Assembly (NCBI RefSeq): GCF_000011465.1
Contig: NC_005072.1
Coordinates: forward strand, 600,001 to 632,000
Source of the DNA: Prochlorococcus marinus subsp. pastoris str. CCMP1986
Lineage (GTDB): Bacteria; Cyanobacteriota; Cyanobacteriia; PCC-6307; Cyanobiaceae
DNA: 32,000 bases
Direction: 5' to 3'
In this document: one piece after another, positions 1-8,595 of the stretch
How positions within the stretch are numbered: position 1 is the stretch's first letter
Layout of the letters: each line of letters starts with the position of its first letter
Position numbers and translations under genes: made by a program
Notes under the pieces: generated by a model
What the model was told of the DNA's origin: nothing
Seen by the model: only the letters and a program-made list of their open reading frames with translations
Databases searched by the model: none

Positions 1-2
1 CA

Positions 3-188
3 TTATTTTTTTTTAATAAAATTGGAACAGTTTTTGTCCTTGATTTATTCATGAATTCGATGGGCTTATTTTTTAAATCAACTTCTCTTATTTCTACTTT
101 GATTTCGCAAATTAATAATGCCCATCTAACTCGAATTGCATATGGACATCTACGAAATGAATATAAAATATCTGTTGTCATTTTGTAA
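3..188 (+). CDS. possible 3' end of an upstream gene (partial, no start in window)
   Basis: Frame open from base 3 to TAA at 186-188, reading ...IGTVFVLDLFMNSMGLFFKSTSLISTLISQINNAHLTRIAYGHLRNEYKISVVIL*. Protein-like composition; not in the ORF track. Confidence 0.4.
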   Translation, partial: LFFFNKIGTVFVLDLFMNSMGLFFKSTSLISTLISQINNAHLTRIAYGHLRNEYKISVVIL

Positions 189-255
189 AAAAATAAAAAT
201 TTTTTGATTCTTTTAGTATTATCTACATAGGAATAATCTTAACTTTACATCGAAA

Positions 256-798
256 ATGGCGGGATATGTTTACCTCATAAGAGTTGGAGATCTTTATCGT
301 ATTGGTAAGGCAGATAATCTTGATAAGAAAATTAGAAAACTCAAGCCAGATGAATTACTTACTTCCATCATGACTAAAGAACCTGAAACACTTGAAGCAA
401 GGTTATTGAGAAAATATAAATCCCAAAGAATTCCTGAAACGGGATATTTGAAGCTCACTAAAAGACAAATATCTGAATGTAAAAAACAATTTGACTTAAA
501 AGGAAATTTACCGCATACACTTGATGCTGAGGTCTCCATAACTTTATTTGCATCTTTTTTATTATTTGGAACAAATTTTTTAATTCTTAATTACTTTAAT
601 GTTGGATTTTTAAGAAATATTTCCTATTCATTCGGTTTTGCCTCGATACCTATGATAATTTTGTTTCTAACAGGTAGTTTTGGAGGATATTTCTCTGATG
701 ATTTATCTCTATTTTCGTTATTAACAAATCGAATAAAAGGTTTATTTATAGCTATTGCGATGATAACAATGGCTTTTTTAATGTTCAGACTAAATTAA
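256..798 (+). CDS. small protein with N-terminal GIY-YIG/T5orf172(MUG113)-like domain and C-terminal hydrophobic segments
   Basis: 180 aa; GYVYLIRVGDLYRIGKADNLDKKIRKLK resembles the 'YVYLI..YKIG.T.N...R...L' pattern; LFASFLLFGTNFLILNYF and IPMIILFLTGSFGGYF plus a third segment look transmembrane. Confidence 0.7.
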   Translation: MAGYVYLIRVGDLYRIGKADNLDKKIRKLKPDELLTSIMTKEPETLEARLLRKYKSQRIPETGYLKLTKRQISECKKQFDLKGNLPHTLDAEVSITLFASFLLFGTNFLILNYFNVGFLRNISYSFGFASIPMIILFLTGSFGGYFSDDLSLFSLLTNRIKGLFIAIAMITMAFLMFRLN

Positions 799-1502
799 AT
801 TTCATAATTACAATTTAATGCTATTTCAAATGGAACTGACTGCATTGGTAATTTTAGTATTGTAGAACATATTTCAGCTATATCCCCTGGTTGAGTCATT
901 TTTGACTTTTCTATGGATGATATTTTCTCAGCCATTTTTGTATTAACCCAACTAGGACAAATAGCAGTAACTCTAATATTTTCTTCCCAACCTTTGTTCT
1001 TCATCGTTTGACAAAGGCTCATTAAAGCAAATTTTGATGAGGAATATGCTGCTAAATCTCCCTTGGACCTTTTGCCGCTCATTGAAACTAAAACGATAAT
1101 TCTTCCATTATTTGATTGACTTAAGTGCTTCCAGGAAATTCTGCATAAATGCCATATGGCTAAAAAATTTATATTAAAAGTATTTAAAATCTCTTCTTCA
1201 TCCCCATCTTTATATAAAAAAGGAACTTTTGAAAGGACTCCAGAACAGTTTATTAAAGTATCAAAACCTCCAAATTTACTAACTGTATTTTCTACCCACT
1301 TTTTGGCGGAAAATTTATCTAATGCATCATATTTATTTAGGAGTATTTTTTCATTAGTCCAATTATTAGGATCAATAACGCTTCCTTTAACAGACTCTAA
1401 ATCTCTTAGCCCAATACTAATTCTATTTCCTGCTTTTAGTTCTTTATGTGCAATATTTAGTCCAATTCCGCTATTGGCACCACTTATCAAAATAGTTCTC
1501 AT
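795..1502 (-). CDS. short-chain dehydrogenase/reductase (SDR)
   Basis: TILISGANSGIG nucleotide-binding motif, INCSG, and catalytic S...YSSSK (YxxxK). Confidence 0.88.
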   Translation of the reverse strand: MRTILISGANSGIGLNIAHKELKAGNRISIGLRDLESVKGSVIDPNNWTNEKILLNKYDALDKFSAKKWVENTVSKFGGFDTLINCSGVLSKVPFLYKDGDEEEILNTFNINFLAIWHLCRISWKHLSQSNNGRIIVLVSMSGKRSKGDLAAYSSSKFALMSLCQTMKNKGWEENIRVTAICPSWVNTKMAEKISSIEKSKMTQPGDIAEICSTILKLPMQSVPFEIALNCNYEI

Positions 1503-1514
1503 TTTAAATTTTAA

Positions 1515-2798
1515 TTATATATTTGGTAAAACTATCCTCAATAACATTCTTAGTTCTTTACCATGCATAATCATTAACCCTTTTTTTACACTCCAAGGGG
1601 CCCTTATAAACATTATGCACATTGCATACACGATTTCCCTTAAGGATAATGTATCAGTTAGAAATCCATACCATTGAGTTTTAGGTAATTTAAAGAAACT
1701 ACCAAAAAATTCTCTTAATAGTTTTTCATCGAATCTCATAAGTTTTTCCAAACCAAATTGGTAGATTGATTTCTTTCTTATTAATTCTTTAGGCCATAAA
1801 CTCTCCCAGCCTTTTCTGGCAATATGATAAGTACTTAATTTCTTATCATTCATTGCAGTTGATATAGCTTTTGCCACTAGTGGAGCTCTCCTTAAAACAT
1901 TACCAATTAGATATCCTGATGCTGGGTGAACCATTGAAGCTGCTCCACCGTACCCCAATACTTGTTGTTTAAAATCTGGGATAGGCATATTCATGGGTAA
2001 AAATAAACCAAGTTCTTCATGTTGCATGCTAGTAATTGAGATGTTTCTGTAAGAAAGTCTTTTTTCTAACCTTTCTTTTAAATCCTCCATCGTTAAAGGA
2101 TTTACTAATCCAAGCGAAGTCTCTTCAAGAAAATACTTTCCATTCCCCATATCCATTGCATAAAGAAAAGTAGGTGGTTCTTTTTTTTGTTCCTCATTTA
2201 AATGATCATTACGATAATCCATTAAGACAAATTGCCCTTTTTTAAGTGGAGGCTTACTAAAACTTCCTACTATCCCGTAACAAGTCTGGACTGCTAATGG
2301 TCCACATGATTTTAATTTAAGAAATACAGGATCATAACCTGTTGCATCTACAACTAATCTTGCTGAGTAGGTTTTGCCATTACTTGTTATAACAGTACTT
2401 TTATGTTTCTGAAAGGTTATCTTCTCTGCAAAACCCTCATGCCATTTAATTAGAGACTTATTACATTCATTTAACCAGTAACGATGTAATTTCTTCTTGT
2501 CAAATAATCCATAATCTAAAGAATGCTCAGTTGCTTTATTCTCATAGTGATGTTCTTCAAGAGAACCATGCCCAAAAAAACTAACAGTATTTTTCCACCT
2601 ATATTCAAGTAAATCCTGAAGACCAAGTTGATCTACTTCCTTTCCCCAAATCCCATAGGTATTTGGCCAAGGCTCGTCAGGACCATTAGGGGAAAGAACC
2701 TCTACCTCTAATTTTTCTTTCCCTAAAGCTGAGGCAATCGCCATCCCCGCAGGTCCTGCTCCTAAAACTAATACATCGGGCAATCTTTTAGAAGGCAT
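1515..2798 (-). CDS. crtL: lycopene cyclase, CrtL family (likely the epsilon-type cyclase of Prochlorococcus)
   Basis: DVLVLGAGPAGMAIA FAD motif; WPNTYGIW; PPTFLYAMDM...FLEETSL cyclase motifs; VHPASGYLIG. Confidence 0.9.
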   Translation of the reverse strand: MPSKRLPDVLVLGAGPAGMAIASALGKEKLEVEVLSPNGPDEPWPNTYGIWGKEVDQLGLQDLLEYRWKNTVSFFGHGSLEEHHYENKATEHSLDYGLFDKKKLHRYWLNECNKSLIKWHEGFAEKITFQKHKSTVITSNGKTYSARLVVDATGYDPVFLKLKSCGPLAVQTCYGIVGSFSKPPLKKGQFVLMDYRNDHLNEEQKKEPPTFLYAMDMGNGKYFLEETSLGLVNPLTMEDLKERLEKRLSYRNISITSMQHEELGLFLPMNMPIPDFKQQVLGYGGAASMVHPASGYLIGNVLRRAPLVAKAISTAMNDKKLSTYHIARKGWESLWPKELIRKKSIYQFGLEKLMRFDEKLLREFFGSFFKLPKTQWYGFLTDTLSLREIVYAMCIMFIRAPWSVKKGLMIMHGKELRMLLRIVLPNI

Positions 2799-3026
2799 TA
2801 ATTATAAATTCTGAAGTTAAAAAAGTTTTTGAAAAAATAAAAAATATCTAAAACTTCATTTTTATAATTCATTCAAAAATTTTACAAAGAGAATAAATTT
2901 AATAATAAGCAAGAGACTCTATAACTAGTCCTTTTGTTTTGAGTGTTTTAACAATAATTTATAAGAAATTAAAAGAAAAAATAATATATAATTTTCTTAC
3001 TATAAATAATTGATTGTTTAATAGAT

Positions 3027-4028
3027 ATGATAAAAGATAAAAATATCTTAATAACAGGAGGTAACTCCGGGATTGGTTTTTTTACAACAATTAATTTGTT
3101 GAAAACTCAAAATAATCTATATATTCCAATTAGATCAATATCAAGAAAAGAAGAATTTTTATTAAAACTAATAAAGTATTTTGATAAAAAATATATAGAA
3201 AAACATTTAAATCTAATTGATAATATTGATTTATCTGATTTGGAAAATATTTATAAAGTAAGAGATTTTTTAATCAGAAAAAATGTTTCTTTAGATGTAG
3301 TTATTTTAAATGCAGGCTTACAATATACTGGATCTTTTTATCCTAAAGTCTCAAAACAGGGAATTGAATTAACTTTCGCTGTTAATCATCTCGCACATTT
3401 CTATTTGGTTAATATTCTTATAGAATTAATAAATAGTAAAAAAGAATCTAGGATAATTATTACATCATCAGATGTTCATGATCCAAAGAGTTCAGGAGGA
3501 AATGTTGGAGAGAAAGCAGGTTTAAATAATTTAATAAACTTTAAAGAGGAAATTTCAGGAAAATATACAAATTTTAATTCTGATAAGGCTTATAAAAATA
3601 GTAAATTATGTAATGTTTTATTTGCTAAGGAACTTTCAAAAAGATTACAAATTAAATCTAGTAAAATAACTGTTATTTCTTGGGCTCCTGGTCTTGTAAT
3701 TCCTAATGAAGATTTGGGTTTTTTCAGATATAGTACCAAATTTAATTTCTTTGGATATATTGTTTTTTCAATTATTGCAAAAAATATTTTAGGTATTTCT
3801 GAAAATGTAGAAAATGCAGGGAAGTTGCTTTCTGATATCGTTTTTGATAATGATTTCAATAATATTAAGTACTTACATTTAAGCAATAAGCTTGTCTTTT
3901 ATAAAAAACATAAATTACTTAAAAGTGAAGTAAGTGAGGAAGCTAGTAAAAAAGAACTTGCTTCAAGACTTTGGAGTTTTAGTGAGGAATTATGCCGATC
4001 ATTTGGATTCGTTTCTTTCAATATTTAA
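3027..4028 (+). CDS. SDR family protein similar to light-dependent protochlorophyllide oxidoreductase
   Basis: NILITGGNSGIGF; NAG; YKNSK; C-terminal SEEASKKELASRLWSFSEEL resembles the LPOR C-terminus. Confidence 0.75.
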   Translation: MIKDKNILITGGNSGIGFFTTINLLKTQNNLYIPIRSISRKEEFLLKLIKYFDKKYIEKHLNLIDNIDLSDLENIYKVRDFLIRKNVSLDVVILNAGLQYTGSFYPKVSKQGIELTFAVNHLAHFYLVNILIELINSKKESRIIITSSDVHDPKSSGGNVGEKAGLNNLINFKEEISGKYTNFNSDKAYKNSKLCNVLFAKELSKRLQIKSSKITVISWAPGLVIPNEDLGFFRYSTKFNFFGYIVFSIIAKNILGISENVENAGKLLSDIVFDNDFNNIKYLHLSNKLVFYKKHKLLKSEVSEEASKKELASRLWSFSEELCRSFGFVSFNI

Positions 4029-5030
4029 TGTTTGAGTTGGGAATGCAAATTCTATTTTATTTAAAGAAAATTCTTCAATAATTCTTAAGTTGATACTTTG
4101 TTGTGCTTCCATAGCAGCTAAATAATTATTGGTTGGGATGTAATAAACTAGTTCAAAATTAAGACTGAAGTCTCCAAAATCTGTAAAGTGACATCTATCA
4201 AAAGAAGCATCTTTAGTTTCTTCAATGATTTTTTTTATTATTTTTGGAATCATTTTCATCAGGGATGGAGAAGTTTCATAAACAACTCCTAATTTATGGA
4301 CTAGTCTCCTTTTCTTCATCTGAGCATAATTTGAAATGATCCCATTAGTTAATGCACTATTACTCATAACTATTACTTCTCCGTTAATACTTCTTATTCT
4401 TGAAGATCTTACCCCTACTCTTTCTACCATTCCTAATACGCTATCTGACTTTATAAATTCGCCTTTTTGAAAAGGTTTATCAAGTAAAATTGTAATGTAT
4501 TCAAAAAATTCTTGCACTGGATCTTTTAATGCTAAACCTGCCCCGATTCCACCTGCGCTAAGCAAAGCCCAAATTGCGGTCATTTGTACTCCTATATTTT
4601 GTAAGAAAAATATTGAACCTATGGTCCAAGTAAAAGCCTTAATTAAAGGTGTTAATGATGAGATCATTGAACTAATCGAAGAGTCATCAATTTTTGCTGT
4701 AGATTCTGTTAGCGATCTTATTAATACTTTATTTAAAGCTTTAATGATAATTATTAATATAAATAATTTTTGAATATTTAATAGTACAGATATAAAAGTT
4801 ATTTCATCAATGAAAAAATAATCAATTGCGAAATAGGCTGAGAGAAGAAAACCTATTGGTTTTATAATTCCAGTAAGTGTTTCAAAAATAAAATCATCAA
4901 AATTTGTTTTTGTTCTTTTAGAAATCCTTTTAAAAATAATCTTTGAAATTTTAGATATTATTATTGATAATATTATTCCAATAAAAAATATAGAAATTGC
5001 AAAAAACAAGTTTTCCGTAAATAATTTCAT
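3999..5030 (-). CDS. MscS family mechanosensitive channel
   Basis: N-terminal TM helices, then ALLSAGGIGAGLALKDPVQEFFEYITILLDKPFQKGEFI (MscS TM3/beta domain). Confidence 0.9.
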   Translation of the reverse strand: MKLFTENLFFAISIFFIGIILSIIISKISKIIFKRISKRTKTNFDDFIFETLTGIIKPIGFLLSAYFAIDYFFIDEITFISVLLNIQKLFILIIIIKALNKVLIRSLTESTAKIDDSSISSMISSLTPLIKAFTWTIGSIFFLQNIGVQMTAIWALLSAGGIGAGLALKDPVQEFFEYITILLDKPFQKGEFIKSDSVLGMVERVGVRSSRIRSINGEVIVMSNSALTNGIISNYAQMKKRRLVHKLGVVYETSPSLMKMIPKIIKKIIEETKDASFDRCHFTDFGDFSLNFELVYYIPTNNYLAAMEAQQSINLRIIEEFSLNKIEFAFPTQTLNIERNESK

Positions 5031-5103
5031 ATCTAATAAATCCTTAAATAACTAATATTTAAAGTTTAAATTATCTCTAAAAATAAACCAGTCTTAATTA
5101 CCT

Positions 5104-5661
5104 TTAACTTTTGATGATATTACTAATTTCTTTGAATTCTTTTCTATCTGAGGTTTTACAAATTTCGAAAATTATTGATTCGGTTGTAGTAATAATTGCT
5201 CCTTTATGAAGCATTCTTTGTAGTGCTATTTCGTGATCTGAATTATTTCTGCTTCCCATTGCGTCAGATATGATTAGTACTTCATATCCCTTTTTTAAAA
5301 ATTCTAGGACACTTTGTTGAATACAAATGTGTGTTTCAAATCCGCAAATTATCAAATTACTAATCTTTTTATCATGAAGTTCCTCAAAAAGAACTTTACT
5401 AGTAGCTAAGCTAAAATCCATTTTTTGAATATTAGTAAAACCTACTTTGGGTAATAACTTTGGGATTGTTTTGCCCAGTTTTAGAGGGTTTTGTTCTGAG
5501 ACAAATATGTTCTCATCCAGGATTTGGTAAGCGCTTAATAGCTTTTGAATATTTTTGATTATTGAATCTTTGTTAGTAATTCGGGATATAATCTTTTCCT
5601 GAACATCTACTAATAGTAAAGCGTTTTTGATTGGTAATTCGCTTTTAGAAGAATGAGTCAT
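5104..5661 (-). CDS. isochorismatase-like cysteine hydrolase
   Basis: ALLLVDVQEKI, ISNLIICGFETHICIQQSVLEFLKKGYEVLIISDAMGSRN. Confidence 0.9.
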   Translation of the reverse strand: MTHSSKSELPIKNALLLVDVQEKIISRITNKDSIIKNIQKLLSAYQILDENIFVSEQNPLKLGKTIPKLLPKVGFTNIQKMDFSLATSKVLFEELHDKKISNLIICGFETHICIQQSVLEFLKKGYEVLIISDAMGSRNNSDHEIALQRMLHKGAIITTTESIIFEICKTSDRKEFKEISNIIKS

Positions 5662-5812
5662 TAATTTCTTTTCTACAATATTTAAAGATATACCTTAAAT
5701 ACAGATATGTTTTTAATTTAATCTTTTTGAGGAACTTTAGTAAATATTTATTAGTTAAAAGTTGATTTACTCTCATCAAGAGTTATTATTGAGAATAAAT
5801 ATTGCTTTTTAA

Positions 5813-6265
5813 TTGTCCTTTTCTTCTCAATATCAAGTTATTACATCTCCTTTAGGAGATGGCTTGCATAAAGATGGTAAGAGATTAACTCCCCAAAGAC
5901 TTAAAGTTTTAAATTTATTTGAGAATATTGGAGCAGGTAATCATTTAAGTGCGGAAGAAGTTCATGCAAAATTAATTAAATCTAGTTCCAAAGTTTCCCT
6001 CGCAACAATATATAGAACTTTGAGACTTCTCGTTCAGATGGGGTTGTTACATGAATTGGAGATTAGTGAAGGCGGTCATCGATATGAATTATTAAGTAAT
6101 GAAACAGCAGATCATCATCACTTGATTTGTATTAGATGTGGAAGAACTGAAGAATTTGAAAGTGATGAAGTATTGAAGGCCGGAAAAGTCGCCGCTAAAG
6201 TTAATGGTTTTACACTTATTGAATCTTCTTTAAATGTTAGAGCTATATGTCCTAATTGTATTTAG
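5813..6265 (+). CDS. fur: Fur family transcriptional regulator (TTG start)
   Basis: RLTPQRLKVLNLF, LSAEEVH, VSLATIYRTLRLLVQMGLL, DHHHLICIRCG, C-terminal CPNC. Confidence 0.88.
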   Translation: MSFSSQYQVITSPLGDGLHKDGKRLTPQRLKVLNLFENIGAGNHLSAEEVHAKLIKSSSKVSLATIYRTLRLLVQMGLLHELEISEGGHRYELLSNETADHHHLICIRCGRTEEFESDEVLKAGKVAAKVNGFTLIESSLNVRAICPNCI

Positions 6266-6271
6266 CAGAAA

Positions 6272-7204
6272 CTAAGTTAAAGTTCCTCCACAGCTTGATC
6301 CAGCCCCTGCTGTGCAAGCAAAGCAATGTTCCTTAACAGCTACTCCATAATCAAATTTAAATGATTTGCTCATTAAATCAGAAAGTGTCTTTGGTCCTTT
6401 ATTTCCTTTTAAATTTATTTGCTGATTAAAGTCACAATCATAGATTTGCCCTTGCCAATTAACACTTATCGTTTTTTTACACATAAGTTTTTCTAAATTA
6501 TTTTTATTAAAATTTTCTTTAAGTAATTTGTAATATGAATCAAGTTTGTTTTCGCTATTAAGAGAGTCTGCGTATCTATTAATTGGCATATTGGTTATTG
6601 TATAAAGATTATTAAATGAAATATTGTACTTTTCAAAAAGTATTCTTTTATAGTCTTCTTTTAGGATTACTTGTGATGGAGGAAGGATAGGATTTACGGG
6701 ATTATAAACTAGATTTAATTGAAGTCCATCTTTTTGTTTCCCATATCCTAAGTCATTAAGTATTTTTAAAGCATTAATACTTTTATCAAAGACTCCATAA
6801 CCCCTTTGTAATTCTACATTATCCTTTTCATAGCACGGGAGTGATGCTGTTACTATTACGTTATTCTTAGCAAGAAACTGGGGTAAGTCTTCGAATCCAT
6901 CTTCAAAGAAAATTGTTAAATTACATCTATCAATAATATCAATATTTTTATCACTTAAAGTAGTAATTAAATTTCTAAATTCAGGATGCATTTCCGGAGC
7001 CCCCCCGGTAATATCTAAAGTTTTAATTTTATATTTTTCTATTACTTTTGGAATGAGTGAAATTATTTCATAAGACATCTTTTCGCTACGTAATGGACTT
7101 GAATTTACATGGCAATGTTTACAAGCCTGATTACATTTAAGGCCAATATTTATCTGGAGTGTTTCAATATGTTCTTTCTTTATTAAGGGAAAACTATCTA
7201 TCAT
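6272..7204 (-). CDS. arsS: radical SAM protein, ArsS (arsenosugar biosynthesis) type
   Basis: CNQACKHC (CxxxCxxC), DITGGAPEMHPEFR, C-terminal CFACTAGAGSSCGG. Confidence 0.85.
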   Translation of the reverse strand: MIDSFPLIKKEHIETLQINIGLKCNQACKHCHVNSSPLRSEKMSYEIISLIPKVIEKYKIKTLDITGGAPEMHPEFRNLITTLSDKNIDIIDRCNLTIFFEDGFEDLPQFLAKNNVIVTASLPCYEKDNVELQRGYGVFDKSINALKILNDLGYGKQKDGLQLNLVYNPVNPILPPSQVILKEDYKRILFEKYNISFNNLYTITNMPINRYADSLNSENKLDSYYKLLKENFNKNNLEKLMCKKTISVNWQGQIYDCDFNQQINLKGNKGPKTLSDLMSKSFKFDYGVAVKEHCFACTAGAGSSCGGTLT

Positions 7205-7232
7205 GATGTGGGAAGTTTTAATTACAGTATAA

Positions 7233-8444
7233 TTAAATATTAGTTTTTAATTTTGATCTATTTTTTGCAAATTTAATAAACCAATCTAAATATTCCTTAG
7301 GACCATTCTGAAAAATCATATCGAACTTTAAGTTGTCATCATCATCACTTATTCCTTTTAGACCAGATATTTTTGTAGAAGGTCTATAAACTTCTCCTGA
7401 ACTACTATCAACGAAAATTATTTTATTATTACTCTCAAACTCTTGTCCTAGTAATTGTATAAATTCTAAGAAAGATCGATCACTTCCACCTCTTGAGTAA
7501 CCATTATTTGGAATTTTTTGGGATGTAACTGTGTCACCAATCCCAATAATTGTTGGCATATCTTCGGGTTTAATATGTTTTTTGCAGAAATTCACTTTTT
7601 CTATTAACGATTTAGGAGAGTCTTTAAAATTAAAGTTTCTACCAAATGGAGCTATGCCAGTAGAATCATAAATAAATTTATTTAATAAAAAGAGAACCCC
7701 AGAGTCTTTGACTGCACCTTTAATAAGTAACTGTATGTCAGTTGATCCAATATCATTTTTACTAGAAAGTTTTATTATTTCATTTCCATTTTTGCTCCCT
7801 AGATTTGGAGATATGTGAAGAAAAAATGAGTTTTCAAGTCCTTGAGTTTTGGCTTTGTAAATAATTTCATTCATCATATCTTCAAAGCTCTTTTGAATAA
7901 TTTTTCTTTTTTCAGAATCATCTTTTACTAAATCGAAAAGGCTATTAAAGTTTATTGTTGGAGAGAACCTTGTTTTACATATTGATTTTGAAGCATGAGA
8001 ATTTATTTCTTCTTGAACGAGATTAGGAAAAATTTTCTTTACTATTTGTTCAAAGCTAGGCCTCATTAAGTCTGGAACTTTGGCTAAGAAATCGACCTCT
8101 TCTTTTGATACTCCCTCAAAACTTATATTCCCATTATTATCTTGATATTCCACCCCGCATGCAGCTAAACCTCTTAAATAAAGGCCTTTTTCTTTTGGCT
8201 GATCAATACCTATTAAGCTCCTTTCAACTATTCTGTTAACCCCTCTTGGACCTTCATGTTCTCCGCACGTTAAAACATAAAATTCTTTTTCTAAATTTTT
8301 AACGGCAAATATGAATTTCGATTCCAGTTTTCTAGTCATTGGGTCTTTTACCAATGGAATACATACTCCATCTATATCTTGAATAAATAAGATATTTTTA
8401 GAATTAATTATTATTTCTTCAAAATCTAAATTAATGTTTTCCAT
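7233..8444 (-). CDS. stpA: StpA-like glucosylglycerol 3-phosphatase
   Basis: FIQDIDGVCIPLVKDPMTR, LTCGEHEGPRGVNRIVE, IIGIGDTVTSQ; family recognised from cyanobacterial StpA. Confidence 0.85.
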   Translation of the reverse strand: MENINLDFEEIIINSKNILFIQDIDGVCIPLVKDPMTRKLESKFIFAVKNLEKEFYVLTCGEHEGPRGVNRIVERSLIGIDQPKEKGLYLRGLAACGVEYQDNNGNISFEGVSKEEVDFLAKVPDLMRPSFEQIVKKIFPNLVQEEINSHASKSICKTRFSPTINFNSLFDLVKDDSEKRKIIQKSFEDMMNEIIYKAKTQGLENSFFLHISPNLGSKNGNEIIKLSSKNDIGSTDIQLLIKGAVKDSGVLFLLNKFIYDSTGIAPFGRNFNFKDSPKSLIEKVNFCKKHIKPEDMPTIIGIGDTVTSQKIPNNGYSRGGSDRSFLEFIQLLGQEFESNNKIIFVDSSSGEVYRPSTKISGLKGISDDDDNLKFDMIFQNGPKEYLDWFIKFAKNRSKLKTNI

Positions 8445-8595
8445 TTCTATTTTAAAAATTCCCTCTCTTTTGAATCCATAATAAAGCTTGAACTTGAAAA
8501 TATAAAATTCAATATTTATATTAAAACGATTTGCGATGGCAATAAATTGGTTTAATGTATAAAAATGCTATTTATAAAAAATATTAAGATGATTT

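Noticed and set aside
294-539. 81-aa - strand ORF
   Set aside because: Antisense within the 256-798 gene; no recognisable domain.
1156-1677. 173-aa + strand ORF
   Set aside because: Antisense to the SDR and crtL genes, which have clear motifs; shadow ORF with low-complexity composition.
3590-3886. 98-aa - strand ORF
   Set aside because: Antisense to the POR-like SDR; shadow of a real coding frame.
4495-4773. 92-aa + strand ORF
   Set aside because: Antisense inside the MscS gene.
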